From contig OZ244587.1 of NCBI GenBank assembly GCA_965218095.1, positions 3,840,001 to 3,904,000 on the forward strand: DNA of 64,000 nucleotides. The letters are read 5' to 3'. The DNA is from Candidatus Poribacteria bacterium. Lineage in GTDB: Bacteria > Poribacteria > WGA-4E > PCPOR2b. The translations under genes were made by a program, and so were the position numbers. Position 1 is the first letter of the stretch; every line of letters begins with the position of its first letter. Shown one piece after another: positions 54,519-64,000 of the stretch. The notes beneath the pieces are model-generated. The model saw only the letters and a list, made by a program, of their open reading frames with translations. It made no database searches and was not told the origin of the DNA.

Positions 54519-55505
54519 TTAGTGATAGCACACCATTCCCCTTTGTACATCATCTATAATTTGAGTGATTTCTTCATAATTTTTGCAAGTCACTAACCTT
54601 TCTCGATATGGTTTAATGTTCGGTATGCCCTTAAAATAGTTTCGATAATGCTTTCTCATCTCTAAAATACCCAATCTCAACCCCTTCCATTTAATAGAGA
54701 GATCCAGATGTTTTCTTAAAACACTTACCCTTTCCTTTATGGAAGGGGGCGCCAGCAACCGTCTCGTCGAAAAGTAGTGTTTAATTTCTCTAAAGACCCA
54801 CGGGTAACCGATAGCGGCTCGCCCAATCATAATCCCATCTACGCCGTATTCTTTCCGCATCGCCAGTGCTTTCTGTGGACTATCCACATCCCCATTCCCA
54901 AAAACAGGGATTTTCATGCGAGGATTATTTTTGATTTCACCAATCAGCGTCCAATCAGCATCGCCTTTATACATTTGCGCCCGGGTCCGTCCGTGAATCG
55001 TAATCGCTTGAATGCCAACATCCTGTAATTTTTCGGCGACTTCGACGATGTATTTTGTCTTTTCGTCCCAACCGAGTCGGGTTTTTACGGTCACGGGGGT
55101 GGTGGTGGATTTAGCCAGTTCTTCGGTCATTTTTACCATCTTCGGAACATCTAACAAGATTCCCGCCCCCGCCCCTTTGCATGCTACCTTTTTGACAGGG
55201 CAGCCGTAGTTGATGTCAATCAGGTCTGGATTGACCTGTTCAGCAATCTCAACAGCGTCTTTCATCGATTCAATATCACTTCCAAAAACCTGAATCCCTA
55301 TCGGGCGTTCCGATTCAAAGATATCGAGCTTTGCGACACTCTTTTGGGCGTTTCTGATGAGTCCTTCGGAAGAGATGAACTCTGTATACATCAAGTCCAC
55401 CTCATCTTCTTTGCAAACCGCACGAAAAGGTGGGTCGCTCACATCTTCCATCGGGGCTAACAACAGCGGGAAATCCCCTATCTCTATATCGCCAATCTTT
55501 ACCAT
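54519..55505 (-). CDS. dusB: tRNA dihydrouridine synthase DusB
   Basis: LAPMED, DINYGCP, VTVKTRLGW, IHGRT, GNGD, MIGRAAIG.PW. Confidence 0.96.
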   Translation of the reverse strand: MVKIGDIEIGDFPLLLAPMEDVSDPPFRAVCKEDEVDLMYTEFISSEGLIRNAQKSVAKLDIFESERPIGIQVFGSDIESMKDAVEIAEQVNPDLIDINYGCPVKKVACKGAGAGILLDVPKMVKMTEELAKSTTTPVTVKTRLGWDEKTKYIVEVAEKLQDVGIQAITIHGRTRAQMYKGDADWTLIGEIKNNPRMKIPVFGNGDVDSPQKALAMRKEYGVDGIMIGRAAIGYPWVFREIKHYFSTRRLLAPPSIKERVSVLRKHLDLSIKWKGLRLGILEMRKHYRNYFKGIPNIKPYRERLVTCKNYEEITQIIDDVQRGMVCYH

Positions 55506-55809
55506 AGCCAAATCATCTCCAGTTGATCGCCGCAATGTCCACATCGGGTATGGGGTGGATGTCAAATTATAAAAGTAAAACAGACGTTTGTCAATCAAAT
55601 CTGGAATATTGGCTTTTGGCGAGACTCAATGGGCATGCAAGGATGCATAACGCCTGAATGGGCATTTTCGCGCCGAACATGAGAACGGGTTCAAAATCGG
55701 GGATTGCCAACTCGACAGGAAAATTCTTCTAACCCTTTGTACACGATCGAGGTTTCAGCAGTTTAGTTACGGCTTCGCATGTTGCGGACTGTTTGTTTGC
55801 ATTTGTGCC

Positions 55810-56103
55810 TCACACCTCAAGCGCCATTCCCCCCGCACTATAGACGAATATTACCCGCTCAAGGTCGCCTGCCAACCGGTTCATCGCTGCAACGAACGCG
55901 GTCTCCGCGCCTTCGTCGGGCGGCTCAAATCCCAAGAAGACTACAGCCGCGTCAGACGATGCGCGTCGAATTGCCTCCCCGACATCCGTGGATACAACCA
56001 CGACCGGCATCGCCTCAATGCGGGATGTCTCAATCAGTTCGCTCAGGTGCCGGATTGTCTCCGCTTGTCCCGTTTCCAAAGGAATGACGCGAAGCAAGCG
56101 CAT
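55810..56103 (-). pseudogene. C-terminal scrap of an amino acid permease/SLC12-like transporter
   Basis: ASSDAAVVFLGFEPP...VIFVYSAGGM resembles the cytoplasmic tail; no upstream body. Confidence 0.45.
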
Positions 56104-56109
56104 GAAGGT

Positions 56110-56163
56110 TCGGAGTTAGGCGATTTATCGCCGTCAAAACACGCAATGAATCGCGCTACTACT
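56110..56163. repeat. Degenerate GTAG-type REP doublet
   Basis: GGCGATTTATCGCC and GCAATGAATCGCGCTACTAC. Confidence 0.55.
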
Positions 56164-56211
56164 AGCCAACTGCGTAACTTACCTGCACAGCTTTACAAGG
56201 TCAAGTGGTTT

Positions 56212-57243
56212 TCACTGTACAGAATGTGGAGATTGACCGCAAGTGACGACGTCAACCAGGTCTGTGTTGTCCATCACGCCGGAGATTCGCTCGGCATTAA
56301 CGCCCCAGCTATAGAGAGGAACATTGGTCGTTGTATGACCGCCGGTAGACCAGGAGACGGTCGGGAAATTGCCATGACCGTTGTTTTCAAGGACTTTCAA
56401 TCCGCCGGTTTCGTGGTCGGCGGTGACGATAATGAGGGTGTCAGAACGTCCCTTTGCCCAATCAAACGCCACCTGCACGGTCTTGGAAAACTCGATCGTC
56501 TCGAAGACATTGCGCTGGATGTCGTTGGAGTGTCCTGCGTGATCGATCCGTCCGCCCTCGATCATCAGAAAGAAACCATTTGGATCTTTCGTCAATATGT
56601 CCAGGGCGGTTGTAGCCATTTCCGACAGGTGAGGTAACGCGCCGAGTCCATCGAATTCATAAGGCAGGTTCGTGTCGCCAAACTGTCCGGAGACCCTCGT
56701 GACTGTTTCTGTGTCCAAACTTAGCAAACTGTTCCGATCCGTCACGACAGTGTAGCCAGCCGCCTCCGCTGCCGTTTCCGACATCCCGTTGCCACCGCCG
56801 CCAAGTAGCACATTCGGGCAGGTCTGATTCAAGTAATCCCCGGCGATCTCAGCCAGATTGCCGCGCTGTGGTTCGTGGGCGCCGAAGGCGGCGGGTGTAG
56901 CGTGGGTGATAAAGGTCGTGGTGACCAGTCCCGTGCTTTTGCCTTGATCTTTAAAACCCTCCAGGAGCGTATACAATTCCCTCCCATCACCCGGCAGCGC
57001 CGTGCTGATGACCCCGTTGTTGACCTTGAAGCCGGTTGCCATGGCGGTCGCGGCAGCCGCCGAGTCAGTCGTGGAAGAATTGGCTGAGTACGTAGTCATC
57101 TCGGCTTGATAAGGAAACGCCTCAAATGAGAGTGTTCCTGCCTCGCCATGGATGTATATTCCGGCCGCCTTGACCTTCTCGAATCCCATTCCGTCGCCGA
57201 TGCAGAAGATAACGTTTGTCGGCGATGTCGGCTTTTTGCGCAT
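56212..57243 (-). CDS. Alkaline phosphatase (PhoA family)
   Basis: IGDGMG, TDSAAAATA, THATPAAF, EGGRIDHAGH, TADHETGG, GHT. Confidence 0.95.
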   Translation of the reverse strand: MRKKPTSPTNVIFCIGDGMGFEKVKAAGIYIHGEAGTLSFEAFPYQAEMTTYSANSSTTDSAAAATAMATGFKVNNGVISTALPGDGRELYTLLEGFKDQGKSTGLVTTTFITHATPAAFGAHEPQRGNLAEIAGDYLNQTCPNVLLGGGGNGMSETAAEAAGYTVVTDRNSLLSLDTETVTRVSGQFGDTNLPYEFDGLGALPHLSEMATTALDILTKDPNGFFLMIEGGRIDHAGHSNDIQRNVFETIEFSKTVQVAFDWAKGRSDTLIIVTADHETGGLKVLENNGHGNFPTVSWSTGGHTTTNVPLYSWGVNAERISGVMDNTDLVDVVTCGQSPHSVQ

Positions 57244-57479
57244 CGATTTTCCTTTCTATATTATCTTACGTATGGTTGCTTATATCCTTTTCAAACTCCA
57301 ACCGTGTATATCGGATGAAGATACAACCGCTCAGCCGTGCGATGGAACCGTTGACCGCGAGACAGGCGATAACATGCCGCACACCAGGTTCCACGCTTTC
57401 GGAGACCTGCACGCGCTGAGGCGTATTGAAGCCCGATATCGCACCCCATCCCGATTCACCAAACGCAAGGTCGCACTCG

Positions 57480-58012
57480 CTTATTTTTTTAAAAGCTCCG
57501 CCATAATCTGTGGGTGGTACAGCCTGTCGGCGCGCAGGCGATCATACGCCTTGCAGTAAATCCATGTTTTCCGTTGCGGATCGCGAATATCGTATTTTTC
57601 GGGATAGCGGACTGGCAGTTTACCCTACGTTAACATCAGAGACAGCGGATAATCCTGCACGGTCAGCGGCAGACGAACTACCTCGCGATCGCGCGCCGAC
57701 GGGTAAATCGCCATCATGATTTCGACAGCGTGACGTGTCTGCGTCCCTTTGCTGTGGTAGTCAGCATCCCCATCCAGCCACGCCTTCAAACCTCGTGCTT
57801 GAGCAGCGTAGGCAATGTGGAAATACCCCTCCAGCCCCACCGATTGGGCTGCAGATTCCGTGGGAATGACAAAAGTCTCTTGAAACGTACTCGCAGTCTC
57901 GAGGGTCCGCTGCGGCGACGAGATGAAAGCCTAGCACACTCTGATATGCCTGCGTGTGCCGCCGGGCGATGCTGCCACAACCGATGATGCCAACGCGATA
58001 ACTTGTCACCAC
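57480..58012 (-). pseudogene. Gfo/Idh/MocA oxidoreductase remnant (large internal deletion, stops)
   Basis: YRVGIIGCGSIARRH N-terminus; AVEIMMAIYPSAR..EVVRLPL C-terminus. Confidence 0.7.
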
Positions 58013-58202
58013 GTTATGAACCTCCTTTTCAGTTCGCTTATGAGCTATCCCTTCACTCCAGATTCTACATAAACTATTTTAGCAGAAATCAAAAATTCCC
58101 TCAACATTAAAATGTTAAATTCCGTGCCGGCTCTTGGTACGCTTCCAATTCGTACACTTTTCACGAGAAAAGCAGGTCGCTTCGATGTAGGGCTATTTAA
58201 TT

Positions 58203-59307
58203 GAGGGGTGCTCATAAGTCCCCTTATCGAAAGAGTGTAATCAGATGTGTTACATTTCTCAGGGGTCTTCCCCAAATAGAATTGACTAACATAGCCAGTT
58301 GCAGTAAAACCACCCCCAGCATCAAAAAGGTAGAGACATTCGCTTTTCGACTCACCGGCAATTGCTTATGATTGGTATGGGTCGATAGTAATTGGCTCAA
58401 CAATCCAAAGATAGGTTCAATAGCAACCTTGCGCTTGTGTTGATAGGTCTGCAACTGCGCCGATTGATTCACCGCTTCAACATAACGCCGTGCCCGCTGA
58501 CTCTTTGCGCCTCTGACGGGAGTGATTAGCAACAGTCCCTGGTTCGCCAAGTGTTGGGTACGTTTCAAGTCGGTATAGCCGGCATCAGCGACTAAATACC
58601 CGATGTTCTGTTCAAGCAGTGTGTCGAGTTGTCGGTCAAGGACGGCTTTTTCACTCACACACGCGGTGTCAATGGCACTCATACGAGGCAATCCCTCTAT
58701 AGAGACGGTCAGATGAAGCCCATAGCCGTAAACCCAACCGTGATAGTGACTCTTTGACCAACTAGCGTCTGTGTCAATGGCACGGATGCCAGTTGGGATG
58801 CGATTGGCATTTCTATCCTTCTGATGCCAGACGCTTCCTTTTGCCTTAAACAGACTTTTGTCTTGGTAAACCACCTCTGGAGGTGAGTCAGGTATCAAAG
58901 TCATTCCCACATCACCGAGATACCCGATGAACGCCTCTAGCTGGTAAGCGAGTTGTTTGTAGCGTCGGCAAAGGGTTGCCCGAGACGGAACACATGCCAG
59001 TTTAAGACGACACAGCCACTGCGGGTGTAGCTTGAGCCATCTGTGTTGTGCCTTAAAGCGATGGAGGCCTTTGAGCGTTAAGATGGCAAAAAGGACAATC
59101 AAGCAGTCGTCTGTATACGATTTCGGACGTCCATGGCTCTCAGGTGGCGGTGCATGGCTGGAAGCGTTGAAATGGTCAAGTTGTTCAAACAAAAATGTGA
59201 TATAATACGTACTGTCAGGATAACCCATGTTATAATCCTCTCTTTCTTGCACGTTAGATTAGATTATAACCGTTATCCTGACTCAAGTCTATTTATGAGC
59301 CCCCCTC
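58203..59307 (-). mobile_element. IS-B copy 2, transposase 58224..59252
   Basis: Same length and protein as copy 1; variant terminal repeat at 59291..59307. Confidence 0.94.
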
Positions 59308-59315
59308 AGCTAACT

Positions 59316-59448
59316 GAGGGGGGCTCATAATTCTGTCGGAGGGAAATCCTTTTCCCCACCCTCTCGGTGCTGAAGCGACATCATCGCAGGCTGCATCTCC
59401 CACCGGAAGAATCGTGGCAAGGATGCCACATATTTATGCATACCCCTC
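59316..59448. mobile_element. 133-bp MITE of the IS-A/IS-B family
   Basis: Left end GAGGGGGGCTCATAA (IS-B-like), right end ATATTTATGCATACCCCTC (IS-A-like); flanks AGCTAACT / GGTTAACT. Confidence 0.85.
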
Positions 59449-59481
59449 GGTTAACTAACAGCATGTATTGGCTGCACGCAA

Positions 59482-60222
59482 TCAACGGAATAATAAGACG
59501 CCCATGACAAGTAGCCCTGCATTAACATATCCATCAAATTGTCCTTGGGGTATGAATCTGTTTAATTTGCCCCCGAGGAATATCGCCGCCAAAACAAGTG
59601 GCAAGGAACTTCCGTAAAGCCTTAACACATAAGGTGTCCATAGGCCAGCTAATCCGTGACTCGCCAAAATTAGAAAACCAGTAAACACAAAGTAACTCTG
59701 TAATGTCGCCCGAAAACGCCCCGGAGACCAATTGCAAAGCGTACCGTAAATTGCAATAACCAGCCCGCTCGTATTGTAAGCCGCACCGACAACGCCAGCT
59801 AAAAACCCAAACAGATAGGCGAATCTAGCGTCACTCTTTACGATGCTTAGATTCATTATTTTGAAATAACGGTTTGCTAAATTGTAAAGGCTAAACAGAA
59901 TTATCAGGATGCCAAGGAACCCCTTCATCAGTCCCTCAGGGACTTCCTTTAATAAGATGAGCCCCACAGGTATACCGAGAAATGACGATAGCACTAAACG
60001 CCAGGTTGCCTGCAGATCGACCACACCCCAATTTCTTAACAAAATGGTCACCGCGATAATTATCAAGACAGATGCGACCAATGGTGTAGCAGTCTTAAGG
60101 TCGATGCCCATCGTTAGCAGGGGCATGGCGATGAGCGCTTGGCCGAAACCAAGTGCGGAATGTATAAACGTGGAAACAAACAGGATGGTGAGTACCAAAA
60201 GATAAGTCGGAATCGAACCCAT
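59482..60222 (-). CDS. Sulfite exporter TauE/SafE family membrane protein
   Basis: GFGQALIAMPLL, GIPVG, GFLAGVVGAAY..SG, FRATLQ. Confidence 0.9.
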   Translation of the reverse strand: MGSIPTYLLVLTILFVSTFIHSALGFGQALIAMPLLTMGIDLKTATPLVASVLIIIAVTILLRNWGVVDLQATWRLVLSSFLGIPVGLILLKEVPEGLMKGFLGILIILFSLYNLANRYFKIMNLSIVKSDARFAYLFGFLAGVVGAAYNTSGLVIAIYGTLCNWSPGRFRATLQSYFVFTGFLILASHGLAGLWTPYVLRLYGSSLPLVLAAIFLGGKLNRFIPQGQFDGYVNAGLLVMGVLLFR

Positions 60223-60476
60223 GAAATGACCATTCGCTTTTAGATTGGGCTGTGGAAATCCTAGTTGGGATACACGATGTGGCGTAAAACGGTTGTTTTG
60301 AATTAAGCTTAATCAGCAGGCTTGGATGCGCTTGATTTTACCGCGCTTTTATGCCAAAATAGAAATCGTATTACGTGTTTGCATCATTACTGTCACTAAT
60401 ACTACCTGACGCTCGTTATTGCCCATCTCCTTGCAGTATGAGATATACCAGGACAGGCTTTAAGGAGGTTCTTTCA

Positions 60477-61742
60477 ATGGAGACACTTTCGAAAGAATTG
60501 TTTGATGAAATATCTAAAATCCCGTGTATCAACTCCCATTCACATATCACCCCTGAGAGGGATCGATTGGCGGAAGTCCCCGACGCCCTCGCTTTCTTCA
60601 ACCACGCTTATCCCGCCTCCGATCTGGTCTCCGCGGGGATGTCCAGTGAGGAGATGAAAAAGGCTTTGACACCGGGACTTCCGCTTGCAGAACGTTGGAA
60701 AATCTTCGCGCCGTACTTTCGATGGACTCGATTGACCGGGTATTCGCAGTGCATCATTGAAGGGTTCCGAGATTTGCTTGGATTTCCGGACTTGACAGCC
60801 GAGACGGTTGCGACGATCTCCGAGGTGCTCCGTGAGCACAGCAAGCCGGGATTCTATCACGAGGTGCTGAAGCGACGATCGAATATTGAGATCACGGTGA
60901 CGAACATGGAAGACCTCATCGAAGTGGATCGAGAACTATTCCTGCCTCTGCCCCGCCTGAACCGCTTTAGTATGCTCCAATCCGCCGCTCAAGTTCAGGC
61001 AATCGAGCGGGATTACGATGTCAGTATCACCAATCTTGATGCGCACGTCGAAGTCATTCGGCAGGTGTGTCGGGATTGGAAGGCGGCAACAGTCGCGGGG
61101 GTGAAGATGTCCCAATCCTACCATCGGCGTATGGACTTCACGCAGAGAAGGGAGGAAGACGCCGCAAAAGTCTTTGATGGGTTGATGCGAGGAGAGTATG
61201 CCGGATTGGATTCCGAAGAAGGCGTCCTCTTGGAAGACTACCTCGTCTTCGAGTGCTGTCGTGCCGCCGCCGCCGCCGATCTGACCATCCAGTTTCATCA
61301 AGGCATACAGGCTGGAAATTACGGAAGCATGGAGGGGTGTAGTCCCGCGCCGCTTACTGAACTGCTTCAGACGTTTCGAGAGGCGCGTTTTGACCTCTCT
61401 CACTCCGGCTATCCCTACCTTCGGGAAGGCGTTGTGCTCGGCAAGACGTTCAGCAACGTTTATCTAAATATGTCCTGGATTCACATTATCTCCCCAATCG
61501 GTTCACGGCTAGACCTCAAGGAGTGGCTCCGCATGGCGCCGTATAACAAAATCATCGCTTTCGGTGATGACCTCCAGCATGTGGAAGCGGTCTATGGACA
61601 TCTTAAAATGGCGCATCAAAATTTCGCGATTGTGCTTGCCGAAACCATCCGAGAGGGATTGATTTCGGAATCCGTCGCGCTTGATGTCGCGCACGCAGCC
61701 TTCCACGGCAATCCGGCGAAGATCTATGGCGTAGGGGCGTAA
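60477..61742 (+). CDS. Amidohydrolase-family protein
   Basis: INSHSH, QFHQG, DLSHSGYPY, NVYLNMSW, KIIAFGDD, NP.KIY; AAGGAGG RBS. Confidence 0.88.
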   Translation: METLSKELFDEISKIPCINSHSHITPERDRLAEVPDALAFFNHAYPASDLVSAGMSSEEMKKALTPGLPLAERWKIFAPYFRWTRLTGYSQCIIEGFRDLLGFPDLTAETVATISEVLREHSKPGFYHEVLKRRSNIEITVTNMEDLIEVDRELFLPLPRLNRFSMLQSAAQVQAIERDYDVSITNLDAHVEVIRQVCRDWKAATVAGVKMSQSYHRRMDFTQRREEDAAKVFDGLMRGEYAGLDSEEGVLLEDYLVFECCRAAAAADLTIQFHQGIQAGNYGSMEGCSPAPLTELLQTFREARFDLSHSGYPYLREGVVLGKTFSNVYLNMSWIHIISPIGSRLDLKEWLRMAPYNKIIAFGDDLQHVEAVYGHLKMAHQNFAIVLAETIREGLISESVALDVAHAAFHGNPAKIYGVGA

Positions 61743-61816
61743 AAATAGACAGCCTATCGTTTTGATATTGATTTGCCCTTAAATTTCTTCTGTTTATGCC
61801 CGTGCTCGGTATACAA

Positions 61817-62767
61817 TCAGAATCCGCGCCTTTTGCCCACAACGTTTCGCAGTTCTTCGCCTTTGAGGTAGCGCCGCAAGTTCTCGCAGAAGAATTCAAA
61901 AGTCTTGCGGGGGCGGTGTTGGGAAGCGCCAGCGCGGTGAGGGGTGATAATCAGGTTGGGAGCATCCCAGAGCAGACTATCTGGCGGCACCGGTTCTACT
62001 TCGGTCACGTCCAATCCGGTGCCAGCGATTTCACCGTTCTTCAGCGCATCGATTAAAGCCGATTCGTCAATGATGCCGCCTCGCGTGACGTTGACTAGGT
62101 AGGCGGTCTTTTTCATAATGGCGAATTCTTCCCGGCCAATCAGATGATAGGTCTCCCGAGTCTTGGGGCAAGCAATCATGACGGCATCGGAACGCCTGAG
62201 CAGGTCATGCAGGTTTTCCCGCGTCGAGGGTTTGAGTTCGGCAACATCATCCGGTTTGTTCTAGCGCACCGGATCGAGCGCCAAGATGATCATGTCGTAA
62301 CCGCGGGCCCGCTTGACCATCTCCATGCCAAAACCGCCCAGGCCGACAATTCCGAGCGTGCCACCTGTTAGTTCAATCGCCGGCATCTGCCATGCCCTGC
62401 GCCCCTCACTCCCCATGACGTGAGGGATACCCCGCACCAGGGACAGGAACAGCACCCATGCGTGTTCACCTCCCTGGCTGGCGTAGAGGCCAGCCATGTT
62501 GGTGACTATCACATTCCTCTCAACGATCTCCGGGAACAGGAAGTTGTCCATCCCCGCACTGTGGGATTGAATCCAGCACAGCCTGGGGGCGGCTGCACAG
62601 ACCGGGGGCAAGAAAAGGCCCATTAGCACCTCCACTTCCGGGGCCATCCGGATAGCTTCTAACTCACTGGCAGCGTGGAGGACTTCATGGTCGCCACTCT
62701 CGCTAGCGATCCGCTGAAAGGTTTGGATTTGTTCTTCGCTGAAGGAAAAGTGAATCAGTATTTTCAT
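61817..62767 (-). pseudogene. D-2-hydroxyacid dehydrogenase with one in-frame TAG (62261)
   Basis: GIVGLGGFG, VNVTRG, LDVTEVEP, ITPHRAG in one frame across the stop. Confidence 0.9.
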
Positions 62768-63018
62768 AGTTGTCTTCCAGTAATTATGAATGTGACGTGC
62801 TCGATCCGAACATTGACTTCCACAACAACAAAGTTGCGGACAGCCTGGTTTTGTATGCACGCAAAGCTAGCGTCAGGATCTGCCCTACGAGCGCCATACA
62901 AAACCAGAAGTGGAATAACCGTTGTGCCCTTGCTGGACTTTCCTTCACTCGCAAATGCAAGTTGTTAATGCTTCGGATTTATTCTTCCGCGAGCCCTTCA
63001 TAATCGACATTGAGATAT

Positions 63019-64000
63019 TCAGTTCAGTCCAGACGGATAGGAGCTATAGTCTACAAGAATTTCTACTTCTTCAACCGTCACGCCGCCCTCAAGCCCGGCA
63101 GGTCTACTGTCCAGAGATATTTCCAGGACGTTTTGCCCCTGGCGCGGACGTACGTCTTTCAAATCGAAATCAAGCCAATGGTTGCGCGGCGCTGTATGTG
63201 GAAAGGTATCTCGTCTCGTTTTCCGTATGCGCCGGCAGGTCTCACTGGACAGTGACTTTGCATTCAAGAGTATCGTGAACCGGTCGGCGGACACAATGTT
63301 CGTGAAATAAAGCCGCAACCCCACCTGACTGATTCGGTCGGCTGCGCCCTCAATGTCGTCCGCAATGTAGAAGGGAATTTCGTGCCGATTCGCGGGATCT
63401 GCTGACGGGAGACGCAAAGGAATGCTGTGATCATATCCCTGTTCAGTTGCTTGCTGTGCCCGCCTTGCCAGAACGTAATGCTTCTTCTTCTCTTTCACCA
63501 AGTCAGGGTCTCCCATTTCTGTCAGGATGCTGCGTTCTACATGGCCTATCGGCCAGCGCATGAACCATGTGTAGAGACCATCAACGCCGCGAGCCCAGTA
63601 GTTGGCGGTGGCGGCGCGCATAATCTCGGGCGTGGGATATTCCTTCATCGTGGCGCCTGTGTCCTCAGATCTCACATAGTGTTGGAGAAATCCGTAAACA
63701 GAAGCATCGGCTTCATGCGCCAGCGAAATGAGCCAGTCAAAAGGCATGTTCGGATCCAGGCAATTGTACATGTACATAACTGGTACAACAAAGTCGAGTA
63801 GCCCCTCTTTGAGCCATGTGCACACATCCAGTCCTTGCGCGAGGTTCATCTCCTCGGTGGGATATACCCGCGCACCAACCTCGCCGGGTTCGCCCGGTCG
63901 ATTCCGAACCATGTCTGAGACCTTGCGCACCCACTCGGTCATCACTGGCGTGTAGGCTTGCACGTCTTCAGGACGGAAATAGAAAGAGGTTCCGCCAAAG
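63019..64000 (-). CDS. Hypothetical protein, possible glycoside hydrolase-like TIM barrel plus beta-sandwich; 5' end outside the window
   Basis: GLDV.TW.KEGL.DFVVP, RAATANYWARGVDGLY.WF; frame open to the window edge. Confidence 0.65.
   Translation of the reverse strand, partial: FGGTSFYFRPEDVQAYTPVMTEWVRKVSDMVRNRPGEPGEVGARVYPTEEMNLAQGLDVCTWLKEGLLDFVVPVMYMYNCLDPNMPFDWLISLAHEADASVYGFLQHYVRSEDTGATMKEYPTPEIMRAATANYWARGVDGLYTWFMRWPIGHVERSILTEMGDPDLVKEKKKHYVLARRAQQATEQGYDHSIPLRLPSADPANRHEIPFYIADDIEGAADRISQVGLRLYFTNIVSADRFTILLNAKSLSSETCRRIRKTRRDTFPHTAPRNHWLDFDLKDVRPRQGQNVLEISLDSRPAGLEGGVTVEEVEILVDYSSYPSGLN

Noticed and set aside
55600-55800. Possible ncRNA or riboswitch in long intergenic gaps (also 34330..34640, 60230..60470, 62770..63010)
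   Set aside because: No recognisable conserved motif or tRNA/rRNA structure by eye; an Rfam scan would be needed.
44637-59307. Composite transposon bounded by the two IS-B copies (or by IS-A copies 31186..46858)
   Set aside because: Outer flanks AGATAACT/AGCTAACT differ and are explained by target preference. IS-B copy 1 and IS-A copy 1 each have their own duplication, and the cargo is ordinary chromosomal DNA.

Overview
Bacterial chromosomal window, probably Candidatus Poribacteria-like. That assignment is inferred from a TolB/PD40 protein with a C-terminal VSPxGKxxxTWGxLK tail, paired PhyH dioxygenases and orphan BMC vertex genes. Intact housekeeping genes (hisH, argS, rsfS, yqeK, yacG, nadD, panB, dusB) sit in a landscape of active genome erosion. 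Mobile elements include six copies of one IS5/IS427-like element, four copies of two related ~1.1-kb DDE elements with GAGGGG...CCCCTC ends, IS3 and IS701 elements, several MITEs and REP-like hairpins. There are about ten pseudogenes plus many gene scraps. The most striking observations are: (1) the GAGGGG-ended elements and a cognate MITE stack head-to-tail, separated by a conserved 8-bp AGNTAACT spacer that makes a hairpin junction; (2) an IS5 allele in which a 16-nt duplication removes the programmed frameshift; (3) intergenic REP-like palindromes embedded in-frame in proteins; (4) a CCAG/CTGG->CTAG nonsense-mutation signature that also creates the IS5 target site. No rRNA, tRNA or CRISPR array was recognised. 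All family calls come from motif recognition by eye; no database searches were run.
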